From NCBI GenBank assembly GCA_963833575.1, contig CAWHXY010000007.1, positions 288,001 through 352,000 of the forward strand: a DNA stretch of 64,000 nt, written 5' to 3'. The notes beneath the pieces were generated by a model. The model was not told where the DNA came from. It made no database searches and saw nothing but the letters and a program-made list of their open reading frames with translations. Position 1 is the first letter of the stretch. Each line of letters begins with the position of its first letter. This stretch comes from Candidatus Bathyarchaeota archaeon. GTDB taxonomy: Archaea > Thermoproteota > Bathyarchaeia > Bathyarchaeales > Bathycorpusculaceae. Below are positions 19,096-28,463 of the stretch, one piece after another. The position numbers were made by a program, and so were the translations under genes.

Positions 19096-20171
19096 GAGTA
19101 GATTTCTCCTTTACCAAATGGACCAAAAAGCAGCTTGTGCATATCAGGTCGATTGATCATTTGTATACCATGTTTGCGAGTTATGAAATGCTTCATAGCT
19201 AAGACTTCGTTAGCCGTAAAAGTACAGAGGATATGAGAAAGCCGCAAAGTCTCAGGGTAGCTTTGCGTATAAAGGTCATTGCCCAACAGTTTCTGTATAG
19301 CATCCATTCTTTGCTCTATGGGCGTTTCTCTGTCAATATCTAAGCGAAAAGCAAAGTTGGCTCTGCTTAAGCGCGCCACGTAAACATCGCCTAACAATAT
19401 TATTGGAGCTTTAGAATGCAAACCAGTAGTTTCGAGTAAATAGGGCGGATCACGGTTTGGAAGTTGCTCAGTTATCAAGATCCCGTTTGCCCTGAGCGTG
19501 GTTGCTTTTGAAAAAGCAAGCACGGTGCTATTGTTTCTTCTTGCGCAAGATAAAATTTCTTTAAGCCGTTGAACGGGGGTATCGATGGTGCCAGATGTCA
19601 GGGAACCGTCGAAAAGCAATACGCCATGGTTTATGGTTTTGGCAAGCATTGTTTGCATCCACCTTTCAAGGAGGCTGGCGAGTCGGGTGGGCATTTGCAT
19701 AATATTTGGTGCAACTTGGTGATTGCTGTTGTACGTTGTGCTGAAATAGGCGTGTTCAAGTGTGTTGAAGAGTTGGTTTTTGTTTTCTTCAGTTATGTGG
19801 AATATGAAAGGGCCGAGGCGGGTGTATTTGTAGGATCGATTTTGTTTCCAAGCAGTTGCTCCGCGGATGGCAATTATAATGCCTGTGCTTGTTTCTCCGA
19901 TTTTGATGGTTGAGGTGTCTACTGCGGCTACTAGGGTTTCTTGGTGGTCTGGTTTTATTGGAATTGGTTCTGGTTTAACCTGTAGGTTGGATGGGTATTG
20001 CTCGGTTACGCGGAATTGTTGAAAGTTGTCCGTGTTTAGGTCTATGTGTTGATGTTGTACGTGTTTGAGTGAGTAGAGGCTTTGTTCTAGGAAGCGTTGG
20101 GGGAGGATTGTGTCGATGGTTGGTTGTGGAAAATTATATTTGTTAGTAATTGTATATTGTTCAATCACCAT
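19092..20171 (-). CDS. NurA-like nuclease
   Basis: AAVDTS, LLFDGSL, AFSKAT, YPETLRLSH; ATGA overlap with the HerA-like gene. Confidence 0.8.
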   Translation of the reverse strand: MVIEQYTITNKYNFPQPTIDTILPQRFLEQSLYSLKHVQHQHIDLNTDNFQQFRVTEQYPSNLQVKPEPIPIKPDHQETLVAAVDTSTIKIGETSTGIIIAIRGATAWKQNRSYKYTRLGPFIFHITEENKNQLFNTLEHAYFSTTYNSNHQVAPNIMQMPTRLASLLERWMQTMLAKTINHGVLLFDGSLTSGTIDTPVQRLKEILSCARRNNSTVLAFSKATTLRANGILITEQLPNRDPPYLLETTGLHSKAPIILLGDVYVARLSRANFAFRLDIDRETPIEQRMDAIQKLLGNDLYTQSYPETLRLSHILCTFTANEVLAMKHFITRKHGIQMINRPDMHKLLFGPFGKGEIYS

Positions 20172-20251
20172 GATTCACCAATATTCAATATCTTTATTGG
20201 TGAAATACTTAAATATTGTGCATGTGCATCTTGTACAATTCAATATACAAT
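20149..20251. promoter_or_regulatory. Divergent promoter region with two inverted-repeat pairs
   Basis: TTCACCAATA(20174)-N11-TATTGGTGAA(20195); ATTGTATATTG(20149) and CAATATACAAT(20241). Confidence 0.55.
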
Positions 20252-20252
20252 A

Positions 20253-20669
20253 GTGAAAGAATTGACACAAAACTCGCAAAACCCACCAATCAAAGTAAAG
20301 ATGAAAGTCGGCGATATAGAATTCGAAATCGAAGCCCAAGCTGACCAAATCCAAACCGCCGTAGACAGAATACTCGCTACAGTCACCGACCGACTAAAAA
20401 ACACAAACCTCGCCCAAGTCGCCGAACGCCAAACCCCACCACCCAGAGCAGAAACATGCAAAGGCGTCATCCAAAAACTCTGGGAAGACAACTGGTTTAC
20501 AGAACCAAGAGGCCTAGACGACGTCCACACCGAACTCGCACGCAAAGGATTCCACTATGACCGCACAGCAGTAGCACACGCACTAGTCGACCTAGTTAAA
20601 GACAACATACTTACACGCATAGGCAAACCACGCCGATACCAATACGCACAGAAAAGACCACCAACATGA
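20253..20669 (+). CDS. Small protein with N-terminal oligomerisation-like segment and C-terminal winged helix
   Basis: VKMKVGDIEFEIE...WFTEPRGLDDVHTEL...VAHALVDLVKDNILTRIGKPRRYQY. Start is GTG 20253 or TTG 20262, not 20097. Confidence 0.75.
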   Translation: MKELTQNSQNPPIKVKMKVGDIEFEIEAQADQIQTAVDRILATVTDRLKNTNLAQVAERQTPPPRAETCKGVIQKLWEDNWFTEPRGLDDVHTELARKGFHYDRTAVAHALVDLVKDNILTRIGKPRRYQYAQKRPPT

Positions 20670-20721
20670 GACCAAAGGCACTGTTGAAAGTTTTAAATAG
20701 CAAATGACCTAACGAAGTTTC

Positions 20722-21213
20722 ATGCAAGTCACCGATTTAGTTCGCTACAATCATATTGTCCGCGGTTTGTATTTTGACGCTATGACGAAATTGCAGTGGA
20801 GTGAAGTTGTAGCAGATAGGGGTTTAAGTTTTGATTCTTTGCGTAACGTGTTTTTGCATTTAACCCTTGTTGAGGATAGGTGGATTAGCTATACTATTCC
20901 AGGTCGGTTCAAAGATTGGGTTGACCCTGAGGTTACATCTTTTGTGGATATGGATTCATTGAAGAAATACATGCAACTTGTGAAAGACAATACCGAGGCG
21001 TACTTGCGAGAGCTTTCTACAGAAAAATTAAATAAACAAATCATTATCCCGTGGGGCAACAAGCCAAACACAAAAATCACCATTGAAACAGCGCTAACTC
21101 ATATGGTAATGGAAGACATGATTCACTATGGAGAATTATCCGCTGCCTTGTGGCAAATAGGTTTGGAAGCGCCCTACATGGGTTTTTGGCGCTACAACCA
21201 CCAGCATCCCTAA
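20722..21213 (+). CDS. DinB/YfiT-family protein
   Basis: SLRNVFLHLTLVEDRW and LTHMVMEDMIHYGEL patterns. Confidence 0.8.
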   Translation: MQVTDLVRYNHIVRGLYFDAMTKLQWSEVVADRGLSFDSLRNVFLHLTLVEDRWISYTIPGRFKDWVDPEVTSFVDMDSLKKYMQLVKDNTEAYLRELSTEKLNKQIIIPWGNKPNTKITIETALTHMVMEDMIHYGELSAALWQIGLEAPYMGFWRYNHQHP

Positions 21214-21293
21214 ATTAGTAAAGTTTAAAACATATTTTGCTTATTATATTTCAGTGAATTTCTAAAGAATTAATTGTAAGTGGAGGTGAAATT

Positions 21294-21731
21294 TTGCCGG
21301 ATATTGTTGACGCCGCAATGTCATCAGGTATGTCAAAACTTGCCGAAGCAGTAAAAGCAGCAGGACTCGTTGACACACTTAAAGGTCCTGGACCATTTAC
21401 GGTTTTTGCACCCACAGATGAAGCATTCAATAAAATACCCAAAGATCAATGGGACATGCTCATGAAAGATCCAATAAAGCTCAAAGAAGTCTTAACTTAC
21501 CACGTAGTTGAAGGAAAAATGCTAGCCGCGGATTTGATGCAGCACGAATATTTACAAACAGTTTCAGGAGGAGAATTAAAGATAGACGCTAAACGTTGGC
21601 ACCTACATAGAAACATGAAAGTTAACGATGCAAACATCATCAAACCAGACTTAATAGTAGATAATGGAGTTTGCCATGCCATTGACAAAGTCTTAATGCC
21701 GAAGATGGCGGGTATAGAAGAAAAAATGTAA
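21294..21731 (+). CDS. Fasciclin (FAS1) domain protein
   Basis: GPFTVFAPTDEAF, LTYHVV, NGVCHAIDKVL; GGAGGTGA RBS upstream. Confidence 0.93.
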   Translation: MPDIVDAAMSSGMSKLAEAVKAAGLVDTLKGPGPFTVFAPTDEAFNKIPKDQWDMLMKDPIKLKEVLTYHVVEGKMLAADLMQHEYLQTVSGGELKIDAKRWHLHRNMKVNDANIIKPDLIVDNGVCHAIDKVLMPKMAGIEEKM

Positions 21732-22204
21732 GCAAAGAAGCCTGCTATTTGCAGGACCTCTGTTTTTTAAAAACCAACTTTAAATACACTTAATTTTTTT
21801 AGCCTTGTCCCTATTGTTAATTCAAAAATCTCGAACCGTCCTTTGATCGGTGACATGGAAAAAATGGTGGCTTAGCCAACCCTTCAGGGAATAATAAATT
21901 TGGCAGATTTTTACTCGAAAAATGACTGAGAGTTGCGTTTAAATTTTTCAAGTGCGAAGGTAGAATTAAGCCAAAAAGCACTTCCATGATGTAAAACAAA
22001 AAAAGGTAAAGTAATTTGGGGGCTTATTTAGTTTTTTTTAGCGGTCGGTTTTGGGCTTGCTTTAGGTTTCGGCTTTTCCTGAGACGAAGCCCATTTTAGT
22101 TTTTTATTGGTAAAGCAAAACAAAATGTGTTGTTGCTCCTTATTGCAGTCACAATTCTTTAAGTATGTTATGAAACAAGTATTAAATAAATTGGTTTAAT
22201 CTGC

Positions 22205-22441
22205 ATGGATTTTGTTGAAACTATTGAGTTCTCAAAGAAATTTCCTACTTGTCGTCCAAAAGTGTTCAAAGGATTTATGGAATGGGGTATTTATGATACT
22301 GAAACCGAGGGATACGTAGTTCTGGCTGATTCGGATTTAGCCAAGAAAACATGCTCTGATGAATTGGACGATTATGTTAAGAGCCATAAATTAAGAATAA
22401 ACCAATGCAAAGATTACTTAATGATTTGCACACTTTGTTAA
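22205..22441 (+). CDS. Small hypothetical protein
   Basis: 78-aa ORF with TATA-like sequence upstream; C-terminal half resembles 22460..22699 and 40632..40880. Confidence 0.6.
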   Translation: MDFVETIEFSKKFPTCRPKVFKGFMEWGIYDTETEGYVVLADSDLAKKTCSDELDDYVKSHKLRINQCKDYLMICTLC

Positions 22442-22459
22442 TTTCTTGGGCTCATTAAG

Positions 22460-22699
22460 TTAGGATTTTAATTTTGAACGGAAAACTGTTCGTTCGTTTG
22501 ACGTTAGCATTTCTAAATCATGTTTCATAACAATTTTTTCTAAACATGCAGTTTCTGACGGGTGAGGCGCCCAACTAATGTTAAGTTCCCAACTATCACT
22601 AGCTCGGTTATGTGCAATAGACACAGCTTTGGCACTACGGAACGACTCGCAATCAGCCATTATTTCCTTCAACAACGAAACTGCACCTAGCCTATCCAT
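22460..22699 (-). CDS. Small hypothetical protein (paralog of 40632..40880)
   Basis: MDRLGAVSLLKEI...WELNI...IVMKHDLEM...TVFRS; GGGGAGAG upstream of ATG 22699. Confidence 0.7.
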   Translation of the reverse strand: MDRLGAVSLLKEIMADCESFRSAKAVSIAHNRASDSWELNISWAPHPSETACLEKIVMKHDLEMLTSNERTVFRSKLKS

Positions 22700-22945
22700 A
22701 GCCACTCTCTCCCCGCTCTCTGTGCGTACACAAAGCAATTTAAAGCTTACTCGCTAAACCTCAAAAAACCTCTTCGCAGATTTCTTAGCAAAATTTGTTT
22801 ATGAGATGTTAACTTCCCATTCTACGACAGATTCGATTGTGAAATGATAAACTTTAGTAAATAGTTAGTAGGCTAAAACCGAGAAACTACACCCAACCTT
22901 AGACGGCTAAAATAATTTGAAATCGACTTACAAGATCGTAATTTC

Positions 22946-23296
22946 TTAAATTAGAAGTTTAATTTCGCCAAAGCCATCACATTCTTGGCAGACAAATCTG
23001 GATTCTCTTCCTCTGCCTAAACAAGAAGGACAACATTCTGCTAGACCGTCTGGAAAAAGGCGCCATCCGGTTCCACAACATTTTTCACATCTTTGACCCA
23101 ATAAGGTGTCAATCTTATTCCAACCTGTTCCGCTACAAACTTTGCACCTAACGCGCTTATACTTAAGTTGGGTTTCTTCATTGGAATTATCAATGATTGC
23201 TCGCAATTTGTTGCACCGGTAATTCATTGTCTTATATGGAATTTGATATTTAGGATTTATTAACTGCTGGTTTTGATTCTTAATCAAAATCAGCAA
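22946..23296 (-). CDS. Stand-alone DnaJ-type zinc-finger protein (true start probably downstream)
   Basis: Four CxxCxGxG repeats: CKVCSGTG, CEKCCGTG, CPSCLGRG, CQECDGFG. Confidence 0.7.
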   Translation of the reverse strand: MLILIKNQNQQLINPKYQIPYKTMNYRCNKLRAIIDNSNEETQLKYKRVRCKVCSGTGWNKIDTLLGQRCEKCCGTGWRLFPDGLAECCPSCLGRGRESRFVCQECDGFGEIKLLI

Positions 23297-23312
23297 ATAA
23301 CTAACTTGCGTT

Positions 23313-23732
23313 TTAGAGCAGTTTCCTTATTTTCTGTGCCATATCATCAAGTTTATTTCGCTCAACCTCTTTGAGGTCGCTAAAACGTGGCATTTTCTGC
23401 CCCTCAAACCGTGGAACAACGTGTACATGTAGGTGGAATATGTCTTGTCCTGCTGCTCTGCCGTTTTGCTGGATAATGCTGATCCCATCGGAGCCAGTTG
23501 CTTTCTTGATAGGACATGAAACCATCTTCACAACATTATGAACATTGGTTAACTCATTTGCAGGAATATCAAAAATGTCAAAATAATGAGCCTTTGGAAT
23601 AACGAGCGCGTGGCCCAAGTTTAATGGCCTTATATCAAGAAAAGCCATCACCGATTCATCTTCGTAAATGATGCTTGCTGGAGCTTGCTTACCTACTATT
23701 TTGCAGAATATACATGACCTATCAAACGCCAA
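23313..23732 (-). CDS. HIT family hydrolase
   Basis: CIFCKI, GHALVIPK, HLHVHVVPR. Confidence 0.93.
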   Translation of the reverse strand: MAFDRSCIFCKIVGKQAPASIIYEDESVMAFLDIRPLNLGHALVIPKAHYFDIFDIPANELTNVHNVVKMVSCPIKKATGSDGISIIQQNGRAAGQDIFHLHVHVVPRFEGQKMPRFSDLKEVERNKLDDMAQKIRKLL

Positions 23733-23821
23733 AGCGAGCCACCATTAGTTCTTTGCCTTTTGCAATCAGTTTATATGAATGGCACTTCATATTTCTTTCA
23801 GTTAGATTTGAGGTTTAAGAA

Positions 23822-24109
23822 ATGAGCACTTTAGAGGATAAGGTACGTGTGGAAGTGGGCAAAGTAGAAGATCCAGAAACTGGACAATCATTCGCTGAAA
23901 TGCAAATGATTCAAAGTGTGAAAGAAACAGCGCCCGGCGAAGTGACCGTAGAATTCGTACCTACAAGCCCATTCTGTCCTATAGCTTTCAAACTTGCCGC
24001 TGACATCAAAGCCGCAGCAAAAACTGTTCCAGGAGTCCAAAAAGCATTAGTTTTCTGCCGCGGACACGCAATGGAACAACAAATCAACGAAATGACAAAC
24101 AAGCAATAA
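23822..24109 (+). CDS. DUF59/MIP18 Fe-S assembly-like protein
   Basis: VEDPE and PTSPFCP motifs. Confidence 0.85.
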   Translation: MSTLEDKVRVEVGKVEDPETGQSFAEMQMIQSVKETAPGEVTVEFVPTSPFCPIAFKLAADIKAAAKTVPGVQKALVFCRGHAMEQQINEMTNKQ

Positions 24110-24161
24110 AGCAATTTTTCTTTGTTTCTTTTTTCAATTTTCAAAAAAAATAAAGTTCATG

Positions 24162-24467
24162 TTATTTCAGGTATCTGGATTTGCTGTGGTGTGATTCTTC
24201 TCGCTCAATTGAGCCAGTGTAGTCTCTGAATCCAGTATGGAGCTTCGCTCTAATCTCAAAGCGTAGCTTAGAAACATTTTTTGCGTAACTCTTCAGCATC
24301 ATCACTAACTTGTACAGATTCATTTGTCTAGCACTCACTAAGAACGCTACTATACTAATTGAAGCAAACAACGCAACGAGTGGATTGACTAATGCTGCCA
24401 GCGAACCGACGGTTGCAAGCAGTGTAAAGTAAAAGATGCTTCTCAGTTTTTTCATATTTGCCGCCAA
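24162..24467 (-). CDS. Small membrane hypothetical protein
   Basis: Two hydrophobic segments followed by a basic tail. Confidence 0.55.
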   Translation of the reverse strand: MAANMKKLRSIFYFTLLATVGSLAALVNPLVALFASISIVAFLVSARQMNLYKLVMMLKSYAKNVSKLRFEIRAKLHTGFRDYTGSIEREESHHSKSRYLK

Positions 24468-24609
24468 TACTGCATGAGCGGAAGTTGCTTAAAGGCGTTT
24501 CACTGTGAAATTTGCCCTAAAAAGCGATTCAGACGCTAATCAAGATAGAAATTAGAAAATGAGTTGGGATTAGCCTTTACAAAAAATTAAGTTTTTGGGC
24601 AACCAATTC

Positions 24610-25383
24610 TTATTTCATCCTGCTGAATGCCCACGTTCCAATTGCAATCATTATTAAATCAAACAAGGCTACGATTCCAATATCTGTCCATAAAGGCTGA
24701 ATCTGCAGCGGAGACCACTTTGAGCCTAAAATTACGCTTCTTAAAGCGTCAACACCATAAGTCAGTGGGTTCCAGGCAGAAACGGTCGTTAACCAACTTG
24801 GAAGGGAGATTCCGGGTCCTTTAAGGGGGAACAATGCACCGCTCAAAAAGAACAAGGGCAGATTAATGAATGTCTGAATAGCACCAAAGGACTCTAGAGT
24901 ACCTATTAAACTTGCTATTGTTAAGCCGATGCTTACTAAACCGAAAGTTATGAGCACCATGATTGGCAAGGCGTAAATGACAGTCACTGGATCAATCGAT
25001 ATGCCAATTGCTATACCTATCACAAACACCATTATGCCCTGAAGGAACGATGATGTACTGTCACCGACCATCTTACCCAGAAAAATGGTAAAACGTGAAA
25101 CTGGCGAGACCAAAATTTCTTTCATAAACCCAAATTCTTTGTCCCAAAGAACGCTAATTCCCATAAACATTGAAGTGAAAAGCAATGTTTGACCAACAAT
25201 TCCTGGGAAAATAACCTGCTGATAACTGAAGCCAGGTATTGCAAACCTAACCCCAAAGCCTGCACCGAAAATTACAAGCCAAAGCAATGGTTGAATAAAC
25301 ATGCTGACAAGTCTTGTTCTATCTCGTAGAAACCGCTTGATTTCCCGTAGCCAAAGGGTGTAGAAACCGCGAATTTCGGTCAT
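24610..25383 (-). CDS. ABC-2 permease
   Basis: LFFLSGALFP, NPLTYGVDALR. Confidence 0.9.
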   Translation of the reverse strand: MTEIRGFYTLWLREIKRFLRDRTRLVSMFIQPLLWLVIFGAGFGVRFAIPGFSYQQVIFPGIVGQTLLFTSMFMGISVLWDKEFGFMKEILVSPVSRFTIFLGKMVGDSTSSFLQGIMVFVIGIAIGISIDPVTVIYALPIMVLITFGLVSIGLTIASLIGTLESFGAIQTFINLPLFFLSGALFPLKGPGISLPSWLTTVSAWNPLTYGVDALRSVILGSKWSPLQIQPLWTDIGIVALFDLIMIAIGTWAFSRMK

Positions 25384-26369
25384 TTTATTGCTCTCCTTTG
25401 GATAGCTGCCATGCCATGAAGTTCTTTGCCTGAATCTTCACGAATTGATTTCCCGGTATAGTGCAAGAATACATCTTCAAGGTTAGGCTCGCGTAAAACT
25501 ATCGATTCAACGTAAATATTATTTTGAGTAGCCAATTCCATAATTCTGGGCATTACTGCTTTTCCATTGCGAACGGTGATTTCCAAGGAACCGCCAACAA
25601 TTTGTTTTTTCTCAAGCCCTAACATTCTTGTCGCCAAATCTGATAATACATCTATATTGTTTGCTTTAACCGCCACAACGTCTCCTTCAAGCGTCTCTTT
25701 GAGTCTAGCAGGGGAATCCAAAATCACAATTTTGCCGTGATCCATAATTGCAATGCGATCTGAAAGCCGATCTGCCTCATCCATATAATGGGTTGTTAGA
25801 ACCACTGTAATATCTTCGGCTTTTTTTAGTTCTTTAATGTATTTCCAGATGTGGTCTCTTGTTTGTGGATCCAAACCAACTGTAGGTTCATCTAAGAACA
25901 AAACTTTAGGATAATGGATCAAACCGCGCCCAATCTCTAGTCTTCGCCTCATGCCACCCGAATAGGTACGAAGTAAATCATCTGCTCTATCTTCTAACTC
26001 AACAAGTTTTAAAATTCGGTTTATTCTTTCTTTTTGCTCAGATGCTGGAACCCCATAGAGGTTGGCGTGCATGTAAAGGTTTTCTTTTCCAGTTAACCTG
26101 TCGTCTATACTAGGTTCTTGAAAGACAATACCGATAGACCTGCGTACTTTGTTTGCTTCTTTCACTATGTCAAAGCCGTTTACTGTAGCAGAGCCGGAAG
26201 TTGGTCTGAGAATCGTGCATAGCATAGACACAGTCGTAGTTTTGCCTGCACCATTAGGACCAAGCAATCCAAAGACTTCGCCTTATTCCACTGTTATGTC
26301 TAACTTATCAACTGCTTTTATCAAACCGTAAGTTTTTGTTAATTGGTGGGTTTCAATGATATGAGACAT
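25380..26369 (-). pseudogene. DrrA-like ABC ATPase interrupted by an in-frame TAA
   Basis: ATG at 26369 gives [44 protein letters not shown], with the stop at 26283-26285. The rest is intact. Confidence 0.8.
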
Positions 26370-26510
26370 TTTTCAGTTTTCTCTTTCTGCTATTGGAGCA
26401 TAAAGGGATTTAATTTTTATTTGCACCATTTAAGCACATAGGAATAATAACTAAAAATTTTCCATAACGTTAAAATTTGAATGATCACATTATCATTTAT
26501 AGTGATTTTT

Positions 26511-26948
26511 TTGCCAGAAATGAATTTTGAAGGAATAGCAACTTGGAAAGGTGGAACCGAATGCTCACTTTCAGTGAAAGGAAAAGAACTTGTTACAGTT
26601 AGTCCACCGCCGATGTTTGGCGGAAAAGAAGGCTATTGTGTTCCTGAAGACATTTTTGCTGCTGCCTTAGCTTCATGCATAAACACGCTATTTATGTTGA
26701 TTGCCAATAACAGTCAGCTTGGACTCAAAAATCTTGAAACCAAAGCAAACGTAACCATGAACATAGAAGGTATGGAGAAACTAATCTTTACAAACGTGCA
26801 TTTCAATATGAACGTAGCTTTAGAAACCGACAATGAACGAGAACGCAAAAAAGCTACAACAGTATATGGCATGGCGCAGAAAATTTGTCCAATAAGACAG
26901 TCATGGGGCGAAGCCGTTCCAATAACCTTTGAGCTGAACTTTAACTAA
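26511..26948 (+). CDS. OsmC/Ohr-family protein
   Basis: PEDIFAAALASC and ICPI two-Cys pattern; start probably TTG 26511. Confidence 0.85.
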   Translation: MPEMNFEGIATWKGGTECSLSVKGKELVTVSPPPMFGGKEGYCVPEDIFAAALASCINTLFMLIANNSQLGLKNLETKANVTMNIEGMEKLIFTNVHFNMNVALETDNERERKKATTVYGMAQKICPIRQSWGEAVPITFELNFN

Positions 26949-27378
26949 GATAAAAGTCAAATCCACTTTTTCTTTTTTCATGAAACCAAATTTTCGCAAA
27001 ACTCTAGTTTTATTCGTTAGTCTTCCAGAAGAACAACTTTGGACAAAGCTGTTGTGTAATTTTCTTCAAAAATTAAAGCTTACACCCTGGTTAGACCAAT
27101 CTGAAACTTCTAAATTATTGAATGCTAAAATCCTTCAAATTCTATTCCTAAAATTGATATACTCTTTGTGTTGAAATAACTGTCTTATATATTCAGGATT
27201 AATTCTTAAAATAAAGGGTAGTAAAAATGGAGTCCGATCACAAATCAAAAGACAACAGGTCCATTGAATTGGAAAAAATATGTGGTGAATGGAGCATATA
27301 CCCAAAACAGATTGACCGCCATAGACCACAACGATCAGCATGCAACTCGACTATCTTTCAATAGACAACGGATTTTTT

Positions 27379-28320
27379 ATGTCGAAATTTCAAATCTACA
27401 ATGATTATTCAGGCAAATTTCGTTTTCGTTTAATAGCTGAAAACAACCAAATTGCAGCCATGGGAGAAGCCTACGAGCAACATGCAAGCTGCATCAATGG
27501 AATAAGAAGCATTCAAAATAATTGCAGCGCAGAAATCGAAGACCTAACTATAAAAGATCGCAAAATGCTTAATCCGAAATACCAAATCTATAAAGACAAA
27601 ACAGAAAAATTTAGGTTCCGACTGAAAGCTCCAAACGGCGAAATTATCGCTGAAGGGGAAGAATACGAGTCTAAGGAAGGATGCCTCAATGGTATCGCAG
27701 TAGTTAGAAGCAGTTGTGATGCAGAAATTGAAGATTTACCGGTCAAGAATAAAACAATTCAGGAAGACGTTGTTCCTCCTAAAATTGAAGAACCAACTTT
27801 AACTCCAAAAACAAAACCTGAAGCAGCGTCAGGCGCCCAAACAGTAAAAGATGAGGAAGTGGCTCCCACAAAAATCGAAACGCCAAGGGCACCCTCAACT
27901 GCCGATATCATTTTGCTTGAACCTGAGGAGATGGAAGAATGGATTCAAACAGTACCAATAACAATGACAAAAAGTACGCCAAAAAGCAAGCTTCCAACAG
28001 AAACTACGCTAGAATTGTACCCCTCACCCGAAAAAATGAATGTAGGCGAATTTGTGATTTTGAAGGGAAAACTTTCTGAGGGCGACTCGGGAAAAGGCAT
28101 ATCTAACGCCAAAATCATAATTTACGAACACGATACATCCGTTTTAGGTTACGCTTACTTAGCCCGTGGAGTAACTGGAGAAGATGGTTCTTTCAATATT
28201 GCTTGGAAAGCTAAACACTTAACATGGAGAAAAAACACAGGAAGAATCTATGCTGAGTTTTTTGGAAATGAAAGAGTCAAACCTTCAAGAAGTAGCATTC
28301 AATCGGTCATAATAAATTGA
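27379..28320 (+). CDS. YegP/DUF1508 tandem-domain protein fused to a Pro/Thr linker and beta-rich domain
   Basis: Two repeats of F/YQIYxD...FRFRLxAxNxxIxAxGExY...CxNGI; start probably ATG 27379. Confidence 0.8.
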   Translation: MSKFQIYNDYSGKFRFRLIAENNQIAAMGEAYEQHASCINGIRSIQNNCSAEIEDLTIKDRKMLNPKYQIYKDKTEKFRFRLKAPNGEIIAEGEEYESKEGCLNGIAVVRSSCDAEIEDLPVKNKTIQEDVVPPKIEEPTLTPKTKPEAASGAQTVKDEEVAPTKIETPRAPSTADIILLEPEEMEEWIQTVPITMTKSTPKSKLPTETTLELYPSPEKMNVGEFVILKGKLSEGDSGKGISNAKIIIYEHDTSVLGYAYLARGVTGEDGSFNIAWKAKHLTWRKNTGRIYAEFFGNERVKPSRSSIQSVIIN

Positions 28321-28463
28321 TTTTAGCTTCAACAATCTAGGAATCAAAAAAGTAGGTTTTTTAGATAAGGACAACCTTAACTTTATCAACTTGCCCCGCT
28401 TTAATTCTGTCAGATTACAACATTTACAAGAACTTTCTTTGACGGTTCTAAAAAGAGGTCTTG

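Noticed and set aside
20097-20252. Called N-terminal extension of the wHTH ORF
   Set aside because: Overlaps the nurA start and the divergent promoter; a start at 20253 or 20262 is more plausible.
3125-26285. Genome-wide TAA recoding
   Set aside because: Many genes here terminate normally at TAA (dnaG, polB, ssb), so it is a working stop codon.
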